64,000 nt of DNA, from positions 8,764 through 72,763 of the forward strand of contig JAZQDH010000070.1 of the NCBI GenBank assembly GCA_045546655.1, read 5' to 3'. The notes beneath the pieces were generated by a model. It saw only the letters and a list, made by a program, of their open reading frames with translations. It was not told the origin of the DNA and made no database searches. Within the stretch, counting starts at the first letter, position 1. Every line of letters starts with the position of its first letter. The position numbers and the translations under genes were made by a program. This DNA comes from Faecousia sp. (lineage in GTDB: Bacteria; Bacillota; Clostridia; Oscillospirales; Oscillospiraceae). Shown here piece by piece: positions 8,518 to 18,464 of the stretch.

Positions 8518-9326
8518 AAATTAAAAAGAGGCTGGATGTTCTTCTGGTAGAACATGGTTATGCGGAAACGCGTACAAAGGCACAGGCCGTCATTATGAGC
8601 GGATTGGTCTATGTAGACGGACAGAAGGCGGACAAACCCGGTGTTTCCTATCCGGAAACCGTTGCGCTGGAGGTACGGACTGGGGGCTGCCCTTATGTGA
8701 GCCGGGGCGGATTAAAGCTTGAGAAGGCGCTCCGGGACTTTGGCGTTGATCCTACCGGCTATGTTTGCAGCGATTCCGGTGCGTCCACCGGCGGTTTTAC
8801 GGACTGCCTGCTGCAGCAGGGAGCCAGCAAGGTTTTCGCGATCGATGTAGGCTACGGCCAGCTGGACTGGAAGATCCGATCTGATCCCCGTGTGGTGGTT
8901 ATGGAAAGAACCAATGTCCGCTACGTAACACCGGAACAACTGGGAGAACCGTTGGATCTGTCCGTAGTGGATGTAAGCTTTATCTCCCTTCGGATCGTCT
9001 TGCCGGTGATCAAAACGTTCTTAAAACCCCAGTCGGGACAGGTCCTTTGCCTTATCAAACCCCAATTCGAAGCAGGAAAAGAAAAGGTTGGCAAGAAAGG
9101 CGTTGTCCGGGATCCTGAGATCCATAAAGAGGTGCTGGACTCGTTCGTGGAACTGACACAGCAAATCGGAATGACGATCCTCGGCCTGACATTCTCTCCC
9201 GTTAAAGGACCGGAGGGGAACATTGAGTTCCTGGCGCACTTGACCTTGGAGGACAAGCCGGGTATTCAAACAGACACGGCCCAGGTGGTTGCCCAGGCTC
9301 ACGAAACTTTGAAAGGGGGAGCATAA
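8514..9326 (+). CDS. tlyA: TlyA-family rRNA 2'-O-methyltransferase
   Basis: S4 domain RLDVLLV, YVSRGGLKLEKAL, GASTGGFTD, LIKPQFEAG. Confidence 0.95.
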   Translation: MKIKKRLDVLLVEHGYAETRTKAQAVIMSGLVYVDGQKADKPGVSYPETVALEVRTGGCPYVSRGGLKLEKALRDFGVDPTGYVCSDSGASTGGFTDCLLQQGASKVFAIDVGYGQLDWKIRSDPRVVVMERTNVRYVTPEQLGEPLDLSVVDVSFISLRIVLPVIKTFLKPQSGQVLCLIKPQFEAGKEKVGKKGVVRDPEIHKEVLDSFVELTQQIGMTILGLTFSPVKGPEGNIEFLAHLTLEDKPGIQTDTAQVVAQAHETLKGGA

Positions 9327-10189
9327 TGAAAAAAATTATTCTGACTCCCAATCCCTACCGGGATAAGAATTTCCAGACAGTCCGTGAGGCGATGCGTGTT
9401 TTGCGTAATTCCGGCATGGAAGTGAGATTGTGCCTTCCTTTTGAGGTGGACAGAACATATGAGCTGCCCAAGGACCTGCGATTCTCGAGACTGGACCGGG
9501 AACTGCCCGGCGCTTCGCTGGTGATTTGCTTTGGCGGCGACGGTACGATCCTGCATATGGCTAAGGCCGCTACCCGTCACGGAATTCCCATCCTGGGTGT
9601 CAATATTGGCACGATGGGCTTCATGGCAGAATTGGAAAGTACGGAGCTGGACCAGCTGGCCCGAATCGCAACGGATGATTATACGATCGACAGACGTATG
9701 ATGCTGGATGTGACTGTACACAGAGACAGGGATATTATCTTCCACGATATTTGCCTGAATGATGTTGCAATCACAAAAGGTGCTGTGGCCAGAATTGTCC
9801 ACCTGGCTGTCAAGTGTGATGGTGTGCAGGCAATGGAATGCAGCGGCGACGGTGTGATCATCGCAACGCCCACAGGCTCTACTGCATACAGCCTGTCCGC
9901 CGGAGGACCTATTGTGGAGCCGGAGGCCAGCAGTATTCTCATTACACCCATCTGTGCCCACGATGTGGCCAGCCGAAGCATCGTTGCTTCTGACAGACGT
10001 GTGATCACCACGGGGCTTACAAAAAATGCCCGCAGGAACGCGTTCTTGTCGGTGGACGGCGGTAAGGCCCTGCGGATGAATATGGGTGACGTGGCTACGA
10101 TTAAGAAGTCTACTTTGGAAACAAAACTGATTCGTCTGAAGGACCGCAGTTTTTATGATGTGATCAATATGAAATTTAGGACAGGTTGA
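9326..10189 (+). CDS. nadK: NAD kinase
   Basis: GGDGT, ND and TPTGSTAYSLSAGGP. Confidence 0.96.
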   Translation: MKKIILTPNPYRDKNFQTVREAMRVLRNSGMEVRLCLPFEVDRTYELPKDLRFSRLDRELPGASLVICFGGDGTILHMAKAATRHGIPILGVNIGTMGFMAELESTELDQLARIATDDYTIDRRMMLDVTVHRDRDIIFHDICLNDVAITKGAVARIVHLAVKCDGVQAMECSGDGVIIATPTGSTAYSLSAGGPIVEPEASSILITPICAHDVASRSIVASDRRVITTGLTKNARRNAFLSVDGGKALRMNMGDVATIKKSTLETKLIRLKDRSFYDVINMKFRTG

Positions 10190-10199
10190 GGTGAATGTG

Positions 10200-10652
10200 G
10201 TGAAAAGTCAAAGACAGGCAAAAATTTTGGAAATTATTTCCAACCAGAACATCGAGACACAGGAGCAGCTCTTGGCGCAACTGCAGAAAGAGGGGTTCCG
10301 CGGCACTCAGGCAACGATATCCAGGGATATTAAAGAACTGCGGATTGTTAAGGAATTGACGAGCCTTGGAACTTACCGCTACGCTACATCTACAAGTGAA
10401 GTCAGCGGTTCTTTTTCTTCCAAGCTCAATACAATCTTCCGGGAATGTGTAGTCAGCTTTGACTACGCCCAGAACATCATCGTTGTACGTACATTGCCCG
10501 GTCTGGCATCTGCCGCGGGTTCGGCTATTGATGCAATGAATCTGAGCAGCATTGTAGGTTCTCTGGCCGGCGATGACACGGTGATCGTCATTATGCGTGA
10601 CGCCAATGCAGCCGCTACGTTCTGCGGCGAAATTAGAAGTTTGCTGAATTGA
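10200..10652 (+). CDS. argR: Arginine repressor
   Basis: TQATISRDIKEL and GSLAGDDT; GTG start at 10200 (10191 also possible). Confidence 0.95.
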   Translation: MKSQRQAKILEIISNQNIETQEQLLAQLQKEGFRGTQATISRDIKELRIVKELTSLGTYRYATSTSEVSGSFSSKLNTIFRECVVSFDYAQNIIVVRTLPGLASAAGSAIDAMNLSSIVGSLAGDDTVIVIMRDANAAATFCGEIRSLLN

Positions 10653-10667
10653 CAGGAGGCGATTTTC

Positions 10668-12323
10668 GTGCTAAGTCTTCTGCATATTGAGAATATTGCG
10701 GTCATTGAGTGTGCGGAAATCGCTTTCGACGCAGGCTTCAATATCCTCACCGGTGAGACGGGTGCCGGTAAGTCAATCGTGATTGACGCCATATCCGCCA
10801 TTCTTGGAGAACGCGCATACCGGGATATGATCAGAACCGGCACAAACAAGGCGTCTGTACGTGCTGTGTTTACGGATGTACCGGAGTTTTCCTGGTTTGC
10901 GGACAACGGTGTGGAGTACGATCCGGAAACGGTGATCCAACGCGAGATCTACCTGGACGGCAAAAACATCTGCCGGGTTAATGGAACACTTATAAGCGTA
11001 TCCCTTTTGCGCAAGCTTGGAATCCAGCTTATCAATATCCACGGTCAGCATGACAGCGCGTCCTTATTCGATGAAGCAAACCATCTGCAATTTTTGGATG
11101 CTTATGCCGAGAACCAGACTCTGATAGAGGATTATCTGGAAAAGTACCGGGAGGTAACATCCATCCGACATCAGATCGAACGGCTTCATATGGATGAAAG
11201 TGAGAAGCTGCGCCGGATGGAAACGCTGCGCTATCAAATTGACGAGATTGCTAAAGCACAATTACAGCCTGGGGAAGACGAAGCGCTGGAAAGCCGGCGC
11301 AAGATCCTGCAAAACGCGGAAAAACTCAGCGATGGATTGAATGCGGCGGTTGATTTCTTATACGGCGGTGATGATTCTGACGGTGCTGCCTCCCTGTTGG
11401 GACAGGCGGAACGGGAACTTGCCCGTATGAGCAGGTTTACCGAGGCGTTCTCTTCGGTGCAGGAAAGACTGACGGACCTGATGTACCAGGTGCAGGATGT
11501 TGCCCAGGAAGTGCGGGATGCAAGGGACGACCTTTCCTATTCTGCTGATGAACTGGAGGAAATTGAGAGCCGCCTTGATGTGATTCACAAACTGCGCCGC
11601 AAGTATGGCACAACCTGCGAAGAGATCCTCGCGTATTTGGATCGTGCCCAAATGGAACTGGACGAGATCGAGTTCGCTGAGGATACATTGGAGCGGCTGA
11701 AACTCAAATGCAGGAAGGCTGAGGATGCTGCATGGGAAGCGGCCAGAAAACTTCGCCAAAGCCGGCAGACGGGCGCAAGAGAACTGTCAGCCCGGATCCT
11801 GGATGAGCTGGCCCAGCTGGATATGCCTAAGGTGCAGTTTAGCTGTGCGTTTACAGAAACGGAGTTGACAGGGAGCGGTGCGGATCTGGTGGCCTTTTAT
11901 ATGTCGGCCAATGCAGGTGAGGCGCTGAAACCATTGAGCAAGGTGGCATCCGGCGGCGAATTGGCCCGTATTATGCTTGCTATGAAGAATGTGCTGGCGG
12001 AACAAGATCAGGTTGCAACGCTGATCTTTGATGAGGTGGACACCGGCGTGTCAGGCCGTGCAGCCCAGAAAGTGGCCCAGAAATTGCGCAGCGTATCCAG
12101 GAATAAGCAGGTCCTTTGCGTGACCCACTTGCCTCAGCTGGCTGCTTTGGCGGATACCCATTTGCTGATTGCCAAAGAGGAGCGGGGCGGCAGGACCTAT
12201 ACCACAGTTACACCGTTGGATCGCGCCGGCAGGGCACAGGAGCTTGCCCGCATTATAGGCGGTACCAACATTACCGAGACAACACTGCGAAGCGCAGAAG
12301 AAATGCTTGTGGGTAATACTTGA
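10668..12323 (+). CDS. recN: DNA repair protein RecN
   Basis: LTGETGAGKS, SGGELAR, FDEVDTGVSG, VTHLPQ. Confidence 0.97.
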   Translation: MLSLLHIENIAVIECAEIAFDAGFNILTGETGAGKSIVIDAISAILGERAYRDMIRTGTNKASVRAVFTDVPEFSWFADNGVEYDPETVIQREIYLDGKNICRVNGTLISVSLLRKLGIQLINIHGQHDSASLFDEANHLQFLDAYAENQTLIEDYLEKYREVTSIRHQIERLHMDESEKLRRMETLRYQIDEIAKAQLQPGEDEALESRRKILQNAEKLSDGLNAAVDFLYGGDDSDGAASLLGQAERELARMSRFTEAFSSVQERLTDLMYQVQDVAQEVRDARDDLSYSADELEEIESRLDVIHKLRRKYGTTCEEILAYLDRAQMELDEIEFAEDTLERLKLKCRKAEDAAWEAARKLRQSRQTGARELSARILDELAQLDMPKVQFSCAFTETELTGSGADLVAFYMSANAGEALKPLSKVASGGELARIMLAMKNVLAEQDQVATLIFDEVDTGVSGRAAQKVAQKLRSVSRNKQVLCVTHLPQLAALADTHLLIAKEERGGRTYTTVTPLDRAGRAQELARIIGGTNITETTLRSAEEMLVGNT

Positions 12324-12362
12324 CAAAAGCGTAGGTTTTTGTTAGGATAACTCACGTATACA

Positions 12363-12620
12363 ACGCAAAGATGGGATGAAGTAAGTACTTTCCTTCTTTC
12401 AGAGAGCTGCCGTCCGGTGCAAGGCAGTAAGAAGCAGTACCCAAATACCTCCCGGAGCGGCTTGCCTGAACGCTGCAGTAGGGCAGGACGGGTTCGCCCG
12501 ATACAGCGAAGCACGTTGTTGGACGTGCCGAGGGCATATGCCGTGAGGCTGTGCCAAACCAGAGGTGGTACCACGTAATTTACGTCCTCTGTCCGTTTAG
12601 GGCAGGGGACTTTTTATTTT
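12363..12620 (+). promoter_or_regulatory. T-box riboswitch (Tyr) upstream of tyrS
   Basis: AGAGA and GGTGCAA stem I loops; TAC specifier at 12446-12448; T-box AACCAGAGGTGGTACCACG at 12557-12575; terminator 12584-12620; promoter TTGACA at 12320. Confidence 0.93.
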
Positions 12621-12644
12621 GAAATAACTTTGGAGGAGATTCAA

Positions 12645-13868
12645 ATGAAACTATATGACGAGCTGGTTGCCCGTGGATTGATCGCGCAGGTAACCAATGA
12701 GGAAGAAATCCGGGAAATGATCGACAACGGCAAAGCTACCTTTTATATCGGCTTTGACCCCACTGCCGACTCTTTGCACGTAGGTCACTTTATGGCACTT
12801 TGCCTTATGAAGCGTCTGCAGATGGCCGGCAATAAGCCCATCGCTCTGATTGGCGGCGGTACTGCTATGATCGGTGGCCCCTCCGGCAGAACCGATATGC
12901 GTTCTATGATGACAGAGCAGACTATCCAGCACAACTGCGATTGCTTCAAGAAGCAGATGGAGCGCTTTATTGAGTTCGGCGAAGGCAAGGCAATGATGGT
13001 TAACAATGCAGACTGGCTGATGAAGCTGAACTATATTGACTTCATTCGTGAGATCGGCGGATGTTTCTCTGTTAACAATATGCTTCGGGCAGAATGCTTC
13101 AAGCAGAGAATGGAAAAGGGCCTGTCTTTCCTGGAATTCAACTATATGCCTATGCAGTCCTATGACTTCTACTACCTGTACAAGACCTACGGATGCAATA
13201 TGCAGTTCGGCGGCAATGACCAGTGGAGCAATATGCTGGGCGGTACGGAGCTGATCCGCCGCAAGCTGGGCAAGGACGCGCACGCAATGACCATTACGCT
13301 GCTGCTCAATTCTGAGGGCAAAAAGATGGGTAAGACCGCAAAGGGCGCGGTCTGGCTGGATCCCAACAAGACCACTCCCTTTGAGTTCTATCAGTACTGG
13401 CGCAACGTCGAGGACGCCGACGTTATGAAGTGCATCCGTATGCTGACCTTCCTGCCCCTGGAGCAGATAGACGCAATGGCAGACTGGAAGGACGCGCAGC
13501 TGAACGTGGCTAAGGAGATCCTGGCCTTTGAGCTGACCAAACTTGTCCACGGTGAGGAAGAGGCACAGAAGGCACAGGCTGCAGCCAAGGCCCTGTTTGT
13601 GGGCGGCGGTGACGATGCCAATATGCCCACTACTGAAATTTCCGCAGAGACGCTTGTGGATGGTAAGATCGGTATTCTGAATCTGATGGTCACCTGCGGC
13701 CTGGCACCTTCCAACAAGCAGGCACGCCAGCTGGTTGAGCAGGGCGGCGTTTTGGTGAACGACGAAAAGGTTCCCTCTGCCCAGTTTGCCGTCACGGAGG
13801 AAATGCTGAAGGAGGGCGTTAAGATCCGTAAGGGCAAGAAGGTATTCCACAAGGCTATTTTGGTTTGA
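12645..13868 (+). CDS. tyrS: Tyrosine--tRNA ligase
   Basis: GFDPTADSLHVGH, QFGGNDQWSN, KMGKT and a C-terminal S4 domain. Confidence 0.97.
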   Translation: MKLYDELVARGLIAQVTNEEEIREMIDNGKATFYIGFDPTADSLHVGHFMALCLMKRLQMAGNKPIALIGGGTAMIGGPSGRTDMRSMMTEQTIQHNCDCFKKQMERFIEFGEGKAMMVNNADWLMKLNYIDFIREIGGCFSVNNMLRAECFKQRMEKGLSFLEFNYMPMQSYDFYYLYKTYGCNMQFGGNDQWSNMLGGTELIRRKLGKDAHAMTITLLLNSEGKKMGKTAKGAVWLDPNKTTPFEFYQYWRNVEDADVMKCIRMLTFLPLEQIDAMADWKDAQLNVAKEILAFELTKLVHGEEEAQKAQAAAKALFVGGGDDANMPTTEISAETLVDGKIGILNLMVTCGLAPSNKQARQLVEQGGVLVNDEKVPSAQFAVTEEMLKEGVKIRKGKKVFHKAILV

Positions 13869-13875
13869 TCTGTAT

Positions 13876-13901
13876 AAAGCGGCACTACTGTGCCGCTTTT
13901 T
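13876..13901 (+). terminator. Intrinsic terminator after tyrS
   Basis: AAAGCGGCAC hairpin followed by a T run. Confidence 0.8.
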
Positions 13902-13980
13902 CTTGTGGACAATTTTACAGAATATTGTATAATAAAAGAAAAATGTGAGAAGTCACAATATATGAATGGGGGCATCCCTT

Positions 13981-15540
13981 ATGAAACTGAACTATAAGCG
14001 TACAATACTTGTGGGTTTTGCATTCTTTTTGATCAGCGCGTTCTGGCAGGCCTACGACGCAACGATTCCTGTGATCCTTACCAACAAATTTGGTATGTCA
14101 CAGACCCTTTCCGGTGTGATCATGGCGCTGGACAATGTTTTGGCTGTTTTTATGCTGCCTCTGTTTGGCACGATCTCAGACAAATGCAAATCCAGACATG
14201 GTAAACGTACTCCCTTTATTACTATTGGAACGATTGTGGCGGCGGCCGCAATTTTGGCTCTGTCTTTTGTGGATAATATGCAGCTGAAGAATATCTCTGA
14301 TGTTGCCCGGATCGATGATCCTGCGGCGATGGCTGTTATTTATGACACACAGAAGGACGCACATCTGCAAACACCGGAAGGCGATGTGTTTGTGTTGGCT
14401 GATGTGTATGAAAAGGATGAATTTGTCCAGATTAAGAGTAAGGTCACGGATCCTTCAAATAATAAGACGGTTACAAATGAGGACTATACCAATTATGTTG
14501 TGCCTGCACGGCAGGCATATGCTGCCCAGAAGACTGCAAACAATTCCACCCCGCTGATCCTCTTTGTGGCACTTTTGCTGGTTTTGCTCGTTGCTATGGC
14601 CACATTCCGCAGTCCTGCAGTTGCCCTGATGCCCGATGTGACCATAAAGCCCCTGCGCAGTAAGGCTAACGCGGTAATCAATCTGATGGGTACGGCAGGT
14701 GGCATTTTGGTGCTTGTGCTTGGTATGGTGTTTGCTACATCGGCAGTCCATAATCAGATGATGCGCTATAATGTCTATTACGGTGTCATTGCTGCGATCA
14801 TGATTGGTGCACTGGCAATCTTCTTGCTGACGGTCCGTGAGCCTCTCTGGTCACGGCAGATGCACGATGACAGTGTCCGGCTCGGCTTGGAAGAGGAGCA
14901 GGAGCAGACAGATCAGGGCCGTAAACTATCCAAATCGGAAAAGCGTTCGCTCCTGTTTATTCTGGCATCCATTATGCTGTGGTATTTTGGCTATAACGCG
15001 GTTACTTCCAAGTACGCGGTTTACGCCGGCAATATTTTGAATATGGACTATAATACCACGCTGCTGCTTGCCCAGGGTGCGGCGATCGTGGCCTATTTAC
15101 CTGCCGGTATCGTTGCATCCAAGATCGGTCGGAAAAAAACGATTATGGGCGGTGTTGTGATGCTGGCCATTGCTTTCGGCGCGGCTTCCTTTATGCGCTC
15201 CGGCAGCTCTGCACTGCTTATGAATGTATTGTTTGCCCTGGCCGGAATCGGCTGGGCCACCATTAACGTCAATTCCTTCCCTATGGTCGTGGAACTGTGC
15301 TCCGGCGGAGATATCGGAAAGTATACCGGTTTCTATTACACCGCATCTATGTCCGCCCAGATCATCACTCCGGTCCTGTCCGGCTTCTTTATGGATATGG
15401 ATGGTGTGGGTATGACGATTCTGTTCCCCTATGCCGCCATTTTTGTCGGCCTTGCATTTGTGACAATGGCACTGGTGAACCACGGTGATGCCAAACCGGA
15501 AGCAAAACTGGACCTGGATGCATTTGATATTGAGGACTGA
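13981..15540 (+). CDS. MFS transporter with a large hydrophilic loop insertion
   Basis: About 12 TM helices; GTISDKCKSRHGKRTPF motif A; adjacent to a GDPD gene. Confidence 0.88.
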   Translation: MKLNYKRTILVGFAFFLISAFWQAYDATIPVILTNKFGMSQTLSGVIMALDNVLAVFMLPLFGTISDKCKSRHGKRTPFITIGTIVAAAAILALSFVDNMQLKNISDVARIDDPAAMAVIYDTQKDAHLQTPEGDVFVLADVYEKDEFVQIKSKVTDPSNNKTVTNEDYTNYVVPARQAYAAQKTANNSTPLILFVALLLVLLVAMATFRSPAVALMPDVTIKPLRSKANAVINLMGTAGGILVLVLGMVFATSAVHNQMMRYNVYYGVIAAIMIGALAIFLLTVREPLWSRQMHDDSVRLGLEEEQEQTDQGRKLSKSEKRSLLFILASIMLWYFGYNAVTSKYAVYAGNILNMDYNTTLLLAQGAAIVAYLPAGIVASKIGRKKTIMGGVVMLAIAFGAASFMRSGSSALLMNVLFALAGIGWATINVNSFPMVVELCSGGDIGKYTGFYYTASMSAQIITPVLSGFFMDMDGVGMTILFPYAAIFVGLAFVTMALVNHGDAKPEAKLDLDAFDIED

Positions 15541-15546
15541 TTGTAT

Positions 15547-16353
15547 ATGCTAACCGTGCTGATTGTTCTTGCCTGCCTGTCCCTCCTTTTTGTGTTTTTG
15601 GTGGATGGCCGCAGGGGACACCCGGGCCTTTCGGAATTGCGTGGCTGGAGGTATGCACACAGGGGACTGCACGGTAATGGCATCCCGGAAAATTCATTGG
15701 CGGCTTTCCGAGCCGCAAAGGAAGCAGGTTTCGGTGTGGAACTGGATGTCCACCTGATGGGTGACGGAAATCTGGCCGTCATTCACGATGCTTCCTTGGA
15801 GCGGACGGCCGGCGCTTCTGTCAGGATTGAAGATCTGTCAGCAGAGGCATTGTGCCGGTATCCATTGCAGGGAACTGACCAGACGATTCCGCTGTTTTCA
15901 CAGGTTTTGGAACTGTATCGCGGTGCCGCGCCGATCATTATCGAGCTGAAATGCGTGGACAATAATTACAATGCTCTATGCAGCGCGGTGTGTGAAGCGC
16001 TGCATGGCTATGATGGCGCATACTGCCTGGAATCCTTTGACCCAAGGTGTGTTGCCTGGCTGAAAAAGAACAGGCCGGATTTAATCCGGGGGCAGCTGAC
16101 CCAAAATTTCTTTCATACGGGATCAAAACTGCCCTGGTATCTGATTTTTGCTCTTCGCCACCAGCTTTTGAACGTATTTACCAGACCGGATTTCGTGGCA
16201 TACCGGTTTGCGGAACGTAAAACCATCAGCAACCTTGTCGTAAGAAAACTTCTGGGCATTCAGGGCGTCAGCTGGACGCTGCGAACCCGGGAGGAATATG
16301 AAACGGCGGTAGAAGAAGGATGGATCCCTATTTTTGAAGGGTTTATTCCGTAA
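15547..16353 (+). CDS. Glycerophosphodiester phosphodiesterase
   Basis: AHRGLH..PENSLAAF, ELDV, HD, IELK, ESFDP. Confidence 0.92.
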   Translation: MLTVLIVLACLSLLFVFLVDGRRGHPGLSELRGWRYAHRGLHGNGIPENSLAAFRAAKEAGFGVELDVHLMGDGNLAVIHDASLERTAGASVRIEDLSAEALCRYPLQGTDQTIPLFSQVLELYRGAAPIIIELKCVDNNYNALCSAVCEALHGYDGAYCLESFDPRCVAWLKKNRPDLIRGQLTQNFFHTGSKLPWYLIFALRHQLLNVFTRPDFVAYRFAERKTISNLVVRKLLGIQGVSWTLRTREEYETAVEEGWIPIFEGFIP

Positions 16354-16381
16354 AAAAGCTCCTCTCAGAGGAGCTTTTTTT
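16352..16381. terminator. Bidirectional terminator between GDPD and dapA
   Basis: AAAAAAGCTCCTCT-C-AGAGGAGCTTTTTT. Confidence 0.85.
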
Positions 16382-17249
16382 CCTGCATATGAAGACGAAG
16401 CCTTTGTTTGTTTTTGTCCAGCATTGGGCATAGTGGAAGTCTGCAGCTGCCGCAGTCGAAGCCCATAAGCTTCATTGCTGTTTTTACAGGGATGGGATTG
16501 ACCTCGCAGAACAGCAGATCGATCAGTTCCAGCATATCACATTGGAATTTTGCGGCAAGGGGATAGTTGCCGTCCAGTGCGGCAGCGCACATCTGCACCG
16601 TTTCCGACGGCATCACGTTGGATAGTACAGAAATGACCCCAACACCTCCGAGTGCCATTGTTGGTATGACCATATCATCATTTCCGCTCCAGACATAAAA
16701 ATCCGGCGGACAAATTGCCCGGATGGCTGCGATCTTTGTAATACTTGTACTGGCCTCTTTGACGCCGATGATGTTACGGACATTGCTCAATCGCTGATAC
16801 ACGGACACAGGTATGTCAACACCGGTGCGTGAGGGTACGTTGTAAATGATCACAGGGATGTTTACGGACATTGCGATTGCCAGGTAATGGGCATATAGCC
16901 CCTCCGGTGTGGCTTTGTTGTAATATGGGGAGACTACAAGCAGAGCATCAGCACCGCATGCCTGTGCGGCCTTGCTCAACGCGATGGCGTGGGCGGTAGA
17001 ATTTGAGCCAGTTCCCGCGATAATCTTACAGGTTTTGCCTACGTAATCCTTGCTGAACCGGAACAACTCCAGTTTTTCTTCATCCGTCAGGGTAGCGGAT
17101 TCTCCGGTGGTGCCGGCCAGAACAATCGCTTCAACGCCGGCACAAATCTGACGCTGCAGCAGTTTCTCCACCATCGGGTAGTTGATGCCCCCATTTTCAA
17201 ATGGGGTGACCAATGCGGTACAGACACCGGTAAATACAGGTTTTTTCAT
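16365..17249 (-). CDS. dapA: 4-hydroxy-tetrahydrodipicolinate synthase
   Basis: GTTGES, YNVPSRTG, GVKEAS, NPIPVK; ATG 17249 with GGAGG RBS. Confidence 0.95.
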   Translation of the reverse strand: MKKPVFTGVCTALVTPFENGGINYPMVEKLLQRQICAGVEAIVLAGTTGESATLTDEEKLELFRFSKDYVGKTCKIIAGTGSNSTAHAIALSKAAQACGADALLVVSPYYNKATPEGLYAHYLAIAMSVNIPVIIYNVPSRTGVDIPVSVYQRLSNVRNIIGVKEASTSITKIAAIRAICPPDFYVWSGNDDMVIPTMALGGVGVISVLSNVMPSETVQMCAAALDGNYPLAAKFQCDMLELIDLLFCEVNPIPVKTAMKLMGFDCGSCRLPLCPMLDKNKQRLRLHMQEKKLL

Positions 17250-17404
17250 ATTGCGACACCTCCAACCCAATCTATGTACAGTACCGGAACTTTGCCATTG
17301 AGATTACGTATATTCAACGAAAACGGTGTAGCTTTTTGGAGCAAGGTGTGGTATAATTTTTAAATTAAAGTAACGTTTAGACAGGCTAAAGGGGCGTATT
17401 TGAC

Positions 17405-18448
17405 GTGAATGAAAGTATGTTGTCCTTAAAAACAAAAGATTTCTGGTATGACCTGCCCGAGGAGCTGATCGCACAGACACCGTTGCAGCAGCGAGATTCC
17501 TCCCGGCTGCTGGTTCTGGGAAGAGAAACCGGTGCGATCAAGCACCAGCACTTTTACGATATCATTGACTATCTCCGGCCGGGGGATTGCCTGGTTATGA
17601 ATGATTCCAGAGTTCTGCCTGCGCGCCTGTTGGGTAAGCGTCCAACCGGAGGTGCTGTGGAACTGCTGCTTTTGCGTGATCTTGGGGACAAGCGCTGGGA
17701 GTGCCTTGCCAAGCCCGGCAGAAAACTGCACACCGGACAGGAAGTGATTTTCGGTGACGGTCAGCTGACAGCTACCGTGGTGGAAGTACAAGATGACGGA
17801 AACAGAATCGTGGAATTCCATTATGATGGAATTTTTTTGGAAGTGCTGGAGCAGCTTGGTAAAATGCCGCTGCCGCCTTATATCAAGGCGGAGCTGCAGG
17901 ATCAGGAACGGTATCAGACCGTTTACTCCCGGGAGGTAGGTTCTGCCGCTGCGCCTACTGCCGGTCTCCACTTTACCAGGGAGTTGCTGGAAAAAATCCG
18001 TGAAAAAGGTGTGAAGACAGCCTTTGTTACCCTGCACGTGGGACTGGGAACATTCCGCCCGGTAAAGGCAGAGGATATCTCTGATCATCATATGCACAGT
18101 GAGCTGTGTATGATCAACCAGGAAACAGCGCAGATCCTGAACGACACGAAAAAATCCGGCGGCAGAGTGGTCTGCGTCGGAACCACCTCCTGCAGGACTC
18201 TGGAGTCCCTCGTAAATACGGATGGGACATTTGAAGCGAAAAGCCGCTGGACGGACATTTTCATTTTCCCTGGGTATTCGTTCAAAGCTATGGATGGCTT
18301 GATCACTAATTTCCACCTGCCGGAAAGTACGCTTGTGATGCTGGTGTCTGCTTTCGCGGGACGGGAATATGTTCTTAATGCCTACAAAGAGGCTGTTGCA
18401 CAGCGTTATCGGTTTTTCAGCTTCGGTGATGCGATGTGTATTTTGTGA
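17405..18448 (+). CDS. queA: S-adenosylmethionine:tRNA ribosyltransferase-isomerase
   Basis: [42 protein letters not shown]. Start uncertain. Confidence 0.97.
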   Translation: MNESMLSLKTKDFWYDLPEELIAQTPLQQRDSSRLLVLGRETGAIKHQHFYDIIDYLRPGDCLVMNDSRVLPARLLGKRPTGGAVELLLLRDLGDKRWECLAKPGRKLHTGQEVIFGDGQLTATVVEVQDDGNRIVEFHYDGIFLEVLEQLGKMPLPPYIKAELQDQERYQTVYSREVGSAAAPTAGLHFTRELLEKIREKGVKTAFVTLHVGLGTFRPVKAEDISDHHMHSELCMINQETAQILNDTKKSGGRVVCVGTTSCRTLESLVNTDGTFEAKSRWTDIFIFPGYSFKAMDGLITNFHLPESTLVMLVSAFAGREYVLNAYKEAVAQRYRFFSFGDAMCIL

Positions 18449-18464
18449 GAATTGAGGAGTCTAT

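Noticed and set aside
12651-13850. Long antisense ORFs (399 aa opposite tyrS; similar ones opposite queA, cysS, polA and GSIII)
   Set aside because: Shadow ORFs produced by codon bias in conserved genes; no recognisable motifs or RBS.
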